Assembly (NCBI GenBank): GCA_963667015.2
Contig: CAXXJJ010000001.1
Coordinates: forward strand, 576,001-640,000
Direction: 5' to 3'
DNA: 64,000 nucleotides
From: Desulfatiglandales bacterium
GTDB taxonomy: Bacteria; Desulfobacterota; DSM-4660; Desulfatiglandales; HGW-15
A model generated the notes under the pieces. That model worked only from the letters and a program-made list of their open reading frames with translations, did not search any database and was not told where the DNA came from. Below are positions 28,388-37,106 of the stretch, piece by piece; positions within the stretch are counted from its first letter, which is position 1; every line of letters starts with the position of its first letter. The translations under genes were made by a program, and so were the position numbers.

Positions 28388-30772
28388 ATGTTTTTAAATT
28401 ACATCAAAATTACTCTACGCAATCTCTACAAAGAAAAGATGTATGCCGCTATTAATATAGCTGGATTATCCATTGGTATAGCCTGCTGCATCATTCTCGG
28501 TTTATTTTTAAGAAGTGAACTTACATATGATCGGTATAATCTGAAACACAAGCGAATTTTTGAAATCGAAAGTGAGTTCAATACCAATGGTAAAATAAGT
28601 TACTTATCAACCTCGTCACGAGTATTAGCACCTCTATTGGCCAGAGATTATCCGGAGATAGAGTCCTATGTCAGATTTAAGCTCATCGGCCGGACGCTGG
28701 TTCGATATGAAGAAGAAAGCTTTTATTCGACAAGAGTAGCTCTGGCAGATGACACCGTGTTTGACATCTTCACTTATGATATTATTTATGGTGACCCGAA
28801 GACGGCCCTCTCGGATCCCCATTCGATGGCAATCAGCGAGAGCTTTGCAAAAAAGATTTTTGGTGACATCAACCCTATTGGAAAGGTTATTGCCACTGAT
28901 TCGGATCTCAATAAGATTACACTTGTGTTTGCCGATTTGCCGGAAAACAGTTTTAGGAGATACGACGCGCTCCTTTCCATTAATCGACTTCAGGATGATG
29001 AAGACCAGTTCAAAGATCTACTGAAATTACCTTTTAGCACAACCTATTTGTTGATGCCGGAAGGTTATAAGGCAGAATCTTTTCAGGGAAAGGTGGAGTC
29101 AATATACTCTAAGTATGCAGGAGAATCAATGGAAACCGAAGGTGTGTCTGTTAGAGGATGGTTGCAACCTATTGCAGAAATTCATCAAAACCCGGAGGTG
29201 CCAGTATTTACAGCAGTGGCCATTTTCATCCTTCTGGTGGCTTGTATAAATTACATAAATCTTGCCACAGCCCGGTCCATGAAACGGGATAGAGAAGTGG
29301 GGATGCGAAAAGTGCTGGGCGCAACAAGGCCTCAATTAATTGCTCAGTTTCTTGGGGAATCAATCTTTCTTACGATGATTGCCCTGTTAATCGGGTTGGT
29401 CATTGTAGAGGCAGTTACTGCATTCTCTCCAGTCAACGATTTATTGGGCAGGCAGGAGTTAATGAATTTTTATGATGAGCCGAACCTGTTATTGTGGATG
29501 ATGTGTTTCGGTCTTGTTGTCGGGTTGATCTCAGGGATTTATCCGGCATTTTACCTCTCTTCAGTTCAACCTCTCTCCACCTTAACTGGAACGACCCGTT
29601 CAGGCAAGCATAGTTTTCGCATGCGGCAATCCCTGATGCTAATCCAGTTTATCATTTCAATGGCTGTCATCATCTCTATGATCCTCATGGTCCTTCAAAT
29701 GCAGTATGTGTCCAATAAGCCTTTAGGGTTTAAAAAAGAAAATAAAGCTGAAATCAGATTGCAGGGTGCAGAATTAATTGGAAAGTATCCGATCATAAAA
29801 AACGAGCTATTAAAAGACAGCCGCATTTTGGATGTATCCGGATCCAGAACCGGAACTGTTGCGGCTGTGCCCAGTAGATCCTATATAGAGGATAATGACG
29901 GTGTTATTGGAGAGCCACAGGTTTTAAATTTTAAGGAAGTAAAAGAGGATTTCATAAAGACCATGGGAATGGAGATAGTCAGAGGTAGAGACTTTTCCAG
30001 TGACCTGTCGACCAATATTGGAAATTCTGCTCTTGTTACTGAGTCCCTTGTGAAGAAAATGGGATGGGAGGAGCCCCTTGGTAAACGTATAGAGAATGAT
30101 CTAGGGATGTTTAAGGTCATTGGTGTCGTAAAAGACTTCCATTATAGATCACTGCATGAACAGATGGAACCGCTTGTCATTATTAATGTTCAGATAGATT
30201 CACTCAACTTAAGTTCTCTTTTAAAGTTAAGGCCAACAGAATACCTTGTAGCCCATATCTCTAACAAGGATATATCCGGAGCGTTAAAATATATAGAAAA
30301 TGTATTTAAAAATATTAATCCAAAAAGCCTATTTGAATATGAGTTTCTTGAGGACTATCTTGATGGGCGCTACAGGCGAGAGTCGCGACTAATGAAACTG
30401 ATAGGTATTTTTGCAGGTATCTGCATCCTTATCTCATGTCTTGGTCTGTTCGGACTGGCCGCATTGGACACGGAGCAGCGTACCAAGGAGATTGGGGTTA
30501 GGAAGGTATTGGGCTCATCAACTTTTCAGATAATAGTAATGTTGTCACGAGGTATTCTGCTTATTGTTCTGGCAGCTTCTGTAATAGCGTCATTGATTGC
30601 TTACTATATCATCGATGAATGGCTGACCAATTTTGCCTATCATATAGGGATTAACCCAATAGTGTTTGTACTGTCTGTCGCTATAGCAATAGCAGTAGCC
30701 TTCGGGACGGTAGCGTTGCAGTCGTTTAAGACTGCTAACGAGAATCCGGTTAAGGCGCTGAGGTATGAGTAA
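28388..30772 (+). CDS. ABC transporter permease 6 (MacB/FtsX-like)
   Basis: Same family motifs; ends NPVKALRYE. Confidence 0.92.
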   Translation: MFLNYIKITLRNLYKEKMYAAINIAGLSIGIACCIILGLFLRSELTYDRYNLKHKRIFEIESEFNTNGKISYLSTSSRVLAPLLARDYPEIESYVRFKLIGRTLVRYEEESFYSTRVALADDTVFDIFTYDIIYGDPKTALSDPHSMAISESFAKKIFGDINPIGKVIATDSDLNKITLVFADLPENSFRRYDALLSINRLQDDEDQFKDLLKLPFSTTYLLMPEGYKAESFQGKVESIYSKYAGESMETEGVSVRGWLQPIAEIHQNPEVPVFTAVAIFILLVACINYINLATARSMKRDREVGMRKVLGATRPQLIAQFLGESIFLTMIALLIGLVIVEAVTAFSPVNDLLGRQELMNFYDEPNLLLWMMCFGLVVGLISGIYPAFYLSSVQPLSTLTGTTRSGKHSFRMRQSLMLIQFIISMAVIISMILMVLQMQYVSNKPLGFKKENKAEIRLQGAELIGKYPIIKNELLKDSRILDVSGSRTGTVAAVPSRSYIEDNDGVIGEPQVLNFKEVKEDFIKTMGMEIVRGRDFSSDLSTNIGNSALVTESLVKKMGWEEPLGKRIENDLGMFKVIGVVKDFHYRSLHEQMEPLVIINVQIDSLNLSSLLKLRPTEYLVAHISNKDISGALKYIENVFKNINPKSLFEYEFLEDYLDGRYRRESRLMKLIGIFAGICILISCLGLFGLAALDTEQRTKEIGVRKVLGSSTFQIIVMLSRGILLIVLAASVIASLIAYYIIDEWLTNFAYHIGINPIVFVLSVAIAIAVAFGTVALQSFKTANENPVKALRYE

Positions 30773-30789
30773 AAAGCAGGCTGAAGCAT

Positions 30790-30843
30790 TTCACCCTGTT
30801 AAATGTTGCTACGCAACCCGCTCTGCGGATTTAACAGGGTAAA
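30790..30843. repeat. Palindromic mini-element (12-bp stem with two internal hairpins)
   Basis: ACCCTGTTAAAT-GTTGC.TAC.GCAAC-CCGC.TCT.GCGG-ATTTAACAGGGT. Confidence 0.75.
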
Positions 30844-31098
30844 GACTGAAGGCTGTTAGGAAAAGCTATTAAGGCGAGATTAAGAGAAAGAGCAAGAGCA
30901 GGAGCAAGATTCAAAATGACAATTAAGTTTTTCAGTTTTTGTCTGTCATTCCTCGACTTGCTTGTCTGGACGTAGCCTTTGTGCGAAGACTGAATCTGAA
31001 ATCCAGTTTTTCTTTTATTTTTATGTTTTCATTGGATGTTGAAAATTCATCTTTAAAAAGAATTTTTATATTTGCAATCTATCCAAAAATCACACTGC

Positions 31099-31127
31099 TT
31101 GCAATTTGATGAAAATTGCATTAAAAT
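31099..31127 (+). promoter_or_regulatory. vapBC promoter with operator palindrome
   Basis: TTGCAA-17 nt-TAAAAT overlapping TGCAATTT-gatga-AAATTGCA. Confidence 0.6.
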
Positions 31128-31161
31128 TGTCTTCACTTCGAATAATAGAAAAGGAGTCAAT

Positions 31162-31410
31162 ATGCCATCTTTACAGGTCAGAGAATTACCCGATCAGATT
31201 TATCTGAAATTGCAGGAAGAAGCGAAAAAGGAGCATCGAAGCCTTGCTCAGCAGGCTGTTGCGACTCTTGCAAAAGGCCTTGATCTGGAGATAAATCCCC
31301 AAAAAAGAAGAGAAGATCTTTTAAAAAAATTAAACAAAGAGCTAATAATCAATAACAAATCAAGCCTTCCGGATCCAGTTCAACTTATTCGAGAGGACAG
31401 GGAAAGATGA
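31162..31410 (+). CDS. vapB: RHH antitoxin (VapB/FitA-like)
   Basis: MPSLQVRELP..IY.KL...A..EHRSL.QQ; C-terminal DPVQLIREDRER; SD AAGGAG; overlaps the PIN toxin. Confidence 0.8.
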   Translation: MPSLQVRELPDQIYLKLQEEAKKEHRSLAQQAVATLAKGLDLEINPQKRREDLLKKLNKELIINNKSSLPDPVQLIREDRER

Positions 31411-31805
31411 TTCTTATTCTTGACGCGAATGCTGCGACTGAAATCGTTCTTCAGAGAAAAAAATATAAGTCCTTTGAAAATTATATTACTGAGGCTGACT
31501 GGATAACTTCTCCCGGACTTTTTATTGCAGAAGTCAACAATGTATTTTGGAAATATCATAAACTGGCTGACATGCCACTGGATCAATGCGAGAAGGCAAT
31601 AGAGTTCGCAATGAGTTTGCCCGATGAATTTTGCGATGACCAGAAATTATACAAGGAGGCATTTTCATTAAGCTGCAAGGTCGGAAAACCAGTATATGAT
31701 ATGTTTTACCTTGTACTTGCCAGGAGGAATAGCGGTTACCTGTTGACTCTTGATAAATCGCTCGCCACTGAAGCAAAGAAACAATCTGTAAGGGTCATTT
31801 CCTGA
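31407..31805 (+). CDS. vapC: PIN-domain toxin VapC
   Basis: LILDAN, EV.N.FWK, VYD.FYL.LA and LLTLDK PIN motifs. Confidence 0.88.
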   Translation: MILILDANAATEIVLQRKKYKSFENYITEADWITSPGLFIAEVNNVFWKYHKLADMPLDQCEKAIEFAMSLPDEFCDDQKLYKEAFSLSCKVGKPVYDMFYLVLARRNSGYLLTLDKSLATEAKKQSVRVIS

Positions 31806-31816
31806 TTACATTAAAA

Positions 31817-31858
31817 ATGAGCTGGGCCGATTCGATTGAGGCACTTCGATATGAATAA
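31817..31858 (+). pseudogene. Orphan C-terminal remnant of a seventh permease
   Basis: Reads MSWADSIEALRYE*, matching the A(D/N)PVKALRYE* end of the six permeases; followed by a heptamer array. Confidence 0.6.
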
Positions 31859-31863
31859 AAACA

Positions 31864-31940
31864 CGGTGTAGGGTCTACGGTTTGTGGCGTAAGGAAAGGC
31901 TTTAAAACCTTAAACCTTATACCTCATACCTTAAACCTTT
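31864..31940. repeat. NGG/CCT heptamer hairpin
   Basis: CGGTGTA GGGTCTA CGGTTTG TGGCGTA AGGAAAG ... CCTTAAA CCTTATA CCTCATA CCTTAAA CCTTT. Confidence 0.7.
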
Positions 31941-32134
31941 CTTTTCCCCTGTAACAATTTCTTAAATCACAACTATTATATATTAATCCCATTCTGTTTT
32001 ATTTAACGTTCGTTCAGAAAAAGGAGCTTATAAATGGTGCCAATAACCATTTGTAGGTTTATTATGCCACCTGGTAAATTGCTCCTGGATTTGTAACTGT
32101 CTGTATATTAAGGGTAAATAGCAATTTAATCGTT

Positions 32135-32150
32135 TGGTATGGTTTATGCT
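32135..32150 (+). promoter_or_regulatory. Putative sigma54 promoter of the NfeD-like gene
   Basis: TGGTAT-GGTTT-ATGCT (GG-N10-GC); dyad AAATGGT-N7-ACCATTT at 32032-32052 as a candidate enhancer. Confidence 0.55.
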
Positions 32151-32273
32151 TTTATGTAGTGCAACTGAACGGCAAAATTCGGATAATGATCCAAATGTTG
32201 TTCAGGATCATTTTTTTAAAAATACCAGCATAAACAAATCAAATGAAATAATTGCAGACAGGGAGGAATAATC

Positions 32274-32855
32274 ATGGATTCTTTTTTTTCTCAATATAGT
32301 GCAGTAGAAACATTCTTTTTTATATGCGCTGTTGTTGGGGGATTTTTTGTTCTTATGAAATTCGCCATGATGTTTATGGGTTTTGATCATGATGTCTCTC
32401 ATGATTTTGATTCCGGCGGACATGGCATTGATGCCCATCATTCCGATTCGGACACAGGTTTTCATGCGCTTTCCCTTCAAGGGATATCATCATTTTTAAT
32501 GATGTTTGGCCTGGTTGGTCTGGCGATGTACAGGCAGAGCGGCTTCGGCTCCTTTATTTCGTTATTCGCGGCTATTATAGCCGGCTGTATTTCCGTGTGG
32601 ATCATCGGGAAATTATTTTTTATGTTCAATAAGCTGAAATCCAGCGGAACAATATCAATAGACAGCACAGTTGGGGCACAGGGAAAGGTCTATATGAAGA
32701 TCCCGGAAAAGGGGACGGGCCGTGTGCTGATTAACGCAAAAAACAGCCTCAGGGAGTATGATGCCTCAACCAATAATGGTGCTGGTATTGAAACAGGGGC
32801 GGCCATCAGGGTTATCTGGGTTGACGGCAATGTGCTGGTAGTGGAAAGAATATAA
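32274..32855 (+). CDS. NfeD/YqiJ-like membrane protein with C-terminal OB fold
   Basis: TM helix, His/Asp-rich loop, two TM helices, VG..G.VY..IP..G.G.V, I..G..I.V..VDGN.LVVE; SD GGAGG. Confidence 0.8.
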   Translation: MDSFFSQYSAVETFFFICAVVGGFFVLMKFAMMFMGFDHDVSHDFDSGGHGIDAHHSDSDTGFHALSLQGISSFLMMFGLVGLAMYRQSGFGSFISLFAAIIAGCISVWIIGKLFFMFNKLKSSGTISIDSTVGAQGKVYMKIPEKGTGRVLINAKNSLREYDASTNNGAGIETGAAIRVIWVDGNVLVVERI

Positions 32856-32932
32856 AATTCAGGGAAAGGAGTCGAGTATAAATCTCGGGAAATAAAAAGG
32901 GTGAAAAATTAAGGAAGTTTATCGATAAATAT

Positions 32933-33139
32933 GTGGACCTTTCACTGGAAAAATATGGAAGCAGGGCTGTGTTAAAAAGCAGGATTGATTCCCCTCATTT
33001 TTCTTTCTTTTTTATGAGCAATAATAACAGTCGCGTAGATTTGACAGTTCAAATCCCCAGGGATGTGGATATTGCTGAATCCGGAAGCGGTGGCGTGCAG
33101 CTAACAGATGTAAGGGGAAATGTAAGCGGGGATTTATAA
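32933..33139 (+). pseudogene. Fragment of a DUF4097 (adhesin-like beta-repeat) gene
   Basis: RVDLTVQIPRDVDIAESGSGGVQLTDVRGNVSG resembles DUF4097 internals; no signal peptide; short. Confidence 0.5.
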
Positions 33140-33163
33140 AAAATCTGAAGGGAGATAAACGCA

Positions 33164-33994
33164 ATGAACAAATTTAAAAAATCCTTAACGATATGCATAT
33201 TTGTATTGATGGCATTTTTATCTGTACCAGGATCCATGGTTCTGGCTGACAACTGGGAGAAGGTTGATGACAGTTCATGGTGCAGAGAGCACTCATCATT
33301 TTTTAACAAATCCGCATGTGAGGTAAGGGAGCTTAACATCGATGAAACATGGGAAAAAATTACCGTGGATGCAAATCCCAATGGAGGTATAAAGGTTGAG
33401 GGCTGGGATAAGGACAGCATCCGGATACTGGCCAGGGTGCAGGCTAATGCCAGATCAGAAAGAGATGCAGAGGAGATTATTTCAGAAATAGATATTGAAA
33501 CAGGCGGAAATATAATTTCTGCCGATGGCCCGAAATATTTCGGCTCAAAAAAATCATGGTCTGTAAGTTATTCTCTTATGGTGCCCATAAAATCGAATCT
33601 TAAGCTGTCGGCATTGAATGGCGGAATTTCAATTGATGATGTCAGCGGAGACATAAACGCAAAAACAGTAAACGGTGGAATAGCCTTAAAAAGGGTTTCC
33701 GGTGATGTTGAGGTGGATACTCTTAACGGGGGTATAACCGCAGAACTTGACGGCGAAAGATGGAAGGGAAGGGGCTTTGAAGCACGGACTACCAATGGCG
33801 GTATAAAGGTGGAAGTGCCCGAAGGTTATTCCGCTGATTTGAGGGCGAGTACCCTTAATGGCGGGATACACGTTGATTTCCCCGTAAAGGTCCAGGGATG
33901 GATAAAAAAGAACATAGAGACCACACTGGGCGATGGAGGTGCTCCCATTGTATTGAAAACAGTGAACGGCGGGGTGAGTATTGAAAGGAAATAG
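33164..33994 (+). CDS. Exported DUF4097-family beta-strand repeat protein
   Basis: Signal peptide; repeated T.NGGI motifs. Confidence 0.85.
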   Translation: MNKFKKSLTICIFVLMAFLSVPGSMVLADNWEKVDDSSWCREHSSFFNKSACEVRELNIDETWEKITVDANPNGGIKVEGWDKDSIRILARVQANARSERDAEEIISEIDIETGGNIISADGPKYFGSKKSWSVSYSLMVPIKSNLKLSALNGGISIDDVSGDINAKTVNGGIALKRVSGDVEVDTLNGGITAELDGERWKGRGFEARTTNGGIKVEVPEGYSADLRASTLNGGIHVDFPVKVQGWIKKNIETTLGDGGAPIVLKTVNGGVSIERK

Positions 33995-34002
33995 AAAAAA
34001 TG

Positions 34003-34229
34003 AACGTCCAACATCCAACGCTCAACTTTCAATGTCCAATTAAAAACGAAAAGCCAATCTTTAATACTAAATGCTGGGTAATAATTTCAGTAAATGATTA
34101 GATATTTAAAATTGGTTGGATCCAGGTTTTCTTCAAACTGCTATTAAAATAAAAGGCGGTTTTCAGTATGAATTATTTTTAGTTGCCTTTTATTAAAAGT
34201 TGGATGTTTAAAGTTTAAAGTTGGACGTT
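34003..34229. repeat. Facing AAC heptamer arrays between convergent genes
   Basis: Plus strand: AACGTCC AACATCC AACGCTC AACTTTC AATGTCC AATTAAA; minus strand: AACGTCC AACTTTA AACTTTA AACATCC AACTTTT AATAAAA. Confidence 0.75.
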
Positions 34230-34240
34230 CATTTTTTTCT

Positions 34241-35791
34241 TTATTTATACTGCCCCACATCAATCTCATACTTCCTCACCCTCAAGGCAATCACCCTTTC
34301 CGTGCTTGCCAGAATCCTTGCCGCCTCTGCAATATTTCCTCCTGAAGATTTTAAGGCCTCTATTATCATATCCCTTTCAAATGCCTCCAGAGCGGCTGAA
34401 AGAGATCCTGTATTTTGTGTGTCAGAAATTTCAGGGGTCTGCAGGGTAAAGGGAAGATGATTCCCTCTTATTACTGTATCCCTGCACAGAATCACAGCCC
34501 TTTCTATGCAGTTTTCAAGTTCCCTTACATTTCCAGGCCAGTGATATCTCATGAGCGCATCAATGGCAGGCGTGGAGATTCTCCTGATATCCTTTTTATA
34601 TTTTTTTGCGTAGGATTCCACGAAGTAGTCTGCCAGAAGAAGGACATCGGTTTTTCTTTCCCTCAGCGGCGGCATAAATATTGGAAAGATATTCAACCGG
34701 TAGTAAAGATCCTCCCTGAAGTTTCCTTCTTTGATTGAATTTTCAAGGTCCTTGTTTGTTGCTGCAATAATGCGCACATCAACCCGTATGGTTTTTGAGC
34801 CTCCTACTCTTTCAAGTTCCATCTCCTGCAGTACCCTGAGAAGCTTTGCCTGGGCACCCGGTTTAAGTGTTCCGATTTCATCGAGGAAGATGGTTCCATT
34901 GTTGGCACGTTCGAATTTACCTATTCTTCTTTCAGTTGCGCCGGTAAAAGAACCTTTTTCGTGTCCGAACAGTTCACTTTCAATAAGGGTTTCGGGAATG
35001 GCCGCGCAATTGATTTTAATAAAGGGGCCCTCGGCCCTGGGGCTGTTATAATGTATGGCGTTGGCTGCAAGCTCTTTCCCTGTACCGCTTTCTCCCCGGA
35101 TAATTACCGTGGCGTCACTTTCGCAGACCTGCTCTATCATGCTGAAGACTTCACGCATCTTGTTGCTGCGGCCTACAATGTTATACTGGCTGTATCGCTC
35201 CCTGAGCTGTTCCCTAAGGGTCGTATTTTCTTCCATCAGGCGCTTTTGTTCATCAGCCGCCATCCGGCTTATTTTTACTGCCTGAGCGATATTTGAAGAG
35301 AGTATGGAGAGGAAACGCACATCCTCTTCAAGGGAAATCTCGTTGTTGAAAATCCTGTCAACACTTAACGCCCCGTAGGTAATGGCCCCTATTTTTATTG
35401 GTACACAGATAAAGGATATACTGTTTTTAGGGATTTCATGTCTTGCTCCGGTCCTGTCAAGAAAGAGAGGATTATCGCCTACCCTTGGGATTATTATTGG
35501 CTCTCCCTTTTCTACAACTGTACCGGTTACGCCTTCACCCAGTTTATAATGTCCCTTTTTCATCTCCTCTCTGGTGAGGCCATGGGCAACCTCAATCATT
35601 AGTTCATGTGATTCCGTATCAATAAGGGTAAGTGTGCCCCTTTCCATGCCCATTTTGGAATGGAGTATGTCAAGGACCGGTCCCACAACCTCTTTTGGTT
35701 CAGAATGGGAAATTAGAAGCTGACTGATTTCGTATAGAACAGTCAACTCGAGGATTTTTCTTTCTAAATTGCTGCTGTCTTTTACGTTCAT
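34241..35791 (-). CDS. NifA-family GAF-AAA+-HTH sigma54 activator
   Basis: N-terminal GAF (GEGVTG, SFICVPI), [24 protein letters not shown], Fis HTH. Confidence 0.88.
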   Translation of the reverse strand: MNVKDSSNLERKILELTVLYEISQLLISHSEPKEVVGPVLDILHSKMGMERGTLTLIDTESHELMIEVAHGLTREEMKKGHYKLGEGVTGTVVEKGEPIIIPRVGDNPLFLDRTGARHEIPKNSISFICVPIKIGAITYGALSVDRIFNNEISLEEDVRFLSILSSNIAQAVKISRMAADEQKRLMEENTTLREQLRERYSQYNIVGRSNKMREVFSMIEQVCESDATVIIRGESGTGKELAANAIHYNSPRAEGPFIKINCAAIPETLIESELFGHEKGSFTGATERRIGKFERANNGTIFLDEIGTLKPGAQAKLLRVLQEMELERVGGSKTIRVDVRIIAATNKDLENSIKEGNFREDLYYRLNIFPIFMPPLRERKTDVLLLADYFVESYAKKYKKDIRRISTPAIDALMRYHWPGNVRELENCIERAVILCRDTVIRGNHLPFTLQTPEISDTQNTGSLSAALEAFERDMIIEALKSSGGNIAEAARILASTERVIALRVRKYEIDVGQYK

Positions 35792-36082
35792 AAATATAGA
35801 GCCTTAATAATGTATAAAACACCCGATACGGGCAGATTTTTGACCTGGCATTGCATGCCATAACTTAAACCGCATTCCATATATTAAGCAATTAATGGGC
35901 CATTCTAAATAATTAGTAATATCAGACAGATATGAAGTATTGTAATATGGGGAGTGTAGCAAATGGAACAATATTGTAGTAATTAGGGAAGGTGTTGACG
36001 AAAATGTATTAAAGGGATTTATTGGTAAAGCAGCAGTAATATATTGTTCCAAATATCCCCTTCACCTTCGACGAGGGTTTCT

Positions 36083-36595
36083 TTATGCCAGCTTTTCAGC
36101 GCAGGGAATACATACCTTTTTGCCTTTAATATCCCTTATCCTTGTTTCCATTACATTCTCGCCACAGGCATCACATTTTACAGATTTATGAATCCGTGCC
36201 TGTTCCGGTTCTTTTATTTTGACGGTTTCAAGAGTGAGGATTTCCGATTCATCGGCCCTCAAGAGGTATTCTATCATTTGTTCCCTGCTTATCTCCCGGG
36301 GCACTCCCTTTCCGTGATAGTTTACCCTTATACCTTTACCGTTTTTTCTGGAGTAGAGGGTATAAACATGTTTTCCATAATCACGAAAAATAAGGTTTCC
36401 TTTCCCGAATGTGCAGCCTGTCACGCATTGAAGTGCGTCAACTCCGCAGGCGTTGTTTTCAACAATCGCAACAACCTCTTCATCTTCCGAACGAATAATG
36501 CTTAGCGCATTCAGGGCTGCGGTGGCCATCCGATAGCCTATTACGAGACCCGGGCATTCATGCCCATGAAACTCAACAATGTTTTTATAATCCAT
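36083..36595 (-). CDS. FmdE-family protein with C-terminal zinc finger
   Basis: FHGHECPG, NACGVDALQCVTGCTFGKGN, CDACGE...CIPC. Confidence 0.88.
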   Translation of the reverse strand: MDYKNIVEFHGHECPGLVIGYRMATAALNALSIIRSEDEEVVAIVENNACGVDALQCVTGCTFGKGNLIFRDYGKHVYTLYSRKNGKGIRVNYHGKGVPREISREQMIEYLLRADESEILTLETVKIKEPEQARIHKSVKCDACGENVMETRIRDIKGKKVCIPCAEKLA

Positions 36596-36647
36596 TCCAT
36601 CTCCTCAGCATAATACCGGATAAAGGGGCTGTTCGTCTAATACAGGA

Positions 36648-37106
36648 CTATTCAAAGCATATCTCTATGGTAAATTCCCCGCCTGCAGTGACAAAGGGCA
36701 GGGCGATTATCGGCTGTTTGGTAAGATGAGATATCTTATGGTCCTTTCCCATTACAACAGAAGGGATCGCTGCCTGCAGGTTTGTTCCCTGGATTTCAAG
36801 TTTTTGCCGTGCCTGGCCGGAAATCATGTTTGCAATTTCTCCGACAGCATCACCTATCTCGTCATTTAATTCTTTCATCTCCTCTCCGAACATCCCGGAT
36901 ACTATATGAAGAATGCATTTTTCCGTAAAGGTGACAGATATTATTCCGTTCATATCTCCCGCAAGTCCAATAACGCCGGATACATCTCCTCTGGCTGTAT
37001 TATCTTTTTTAAGAAATGGTTTCCCTTTTTCTGCGTTGATACCTGCAATTGTCTGAAGAACATGTACTGTTGATTCGAGAAAAGGGTTGATTAAATTTGC
37101 ATCCAT
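36648..37106 (-). CDS. cheX: Chemotaxis phosphatase CheX
   Basis: INPF, GDVSGVIGL, DAVGEIANMISG, PSVV.G. Confidence 0.92.
   Translation of the reverse strand: MDANLINPFLESTVHVLQTIAGINAEKGKPFLKKDNTARGDVSGVIGLAGDMNGIISVTFTEKCILHIVSGMFGEEMKELNDEIGDAVGEIANMISGQARQKLEIQGTNLQAAIPSVVMGKDHKISHLTKQPIIALPFVTAGGEFTIEICFE

Noticed and set aside
27918..28388. Minus-strand ORFs 27918-28124 and 28125-28388
   Set aside because: Low-complexity translations of AT-rich and repeat DNA
9335..30772. Diversity-generating retroelement or shufflon
   Set aside because: No reverse transcriptase or invertase, no template/variable repeat pair differing only at adenines, and all units are co-oriented
31072..31161. N-terminal extension of vapB from TTG 31072
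   Set aside because: It covers the promoter; ATG 31162 has an SD and starts the RHH motif
9300..31940. CRISPR array interpretation of the recurring intergenic repeats
   Set aside because: Repeats are separated by whole genes rather than 30-40 nt spacers, are degenerate, and no cas genes are present
9335..31940. Integron with attC cassettes
   Set aside because: No integrase in the window and the hairpins lack consistent RYYYAAC...GTTRRRY ends; only the cassette-like organisation is kept as an analogy
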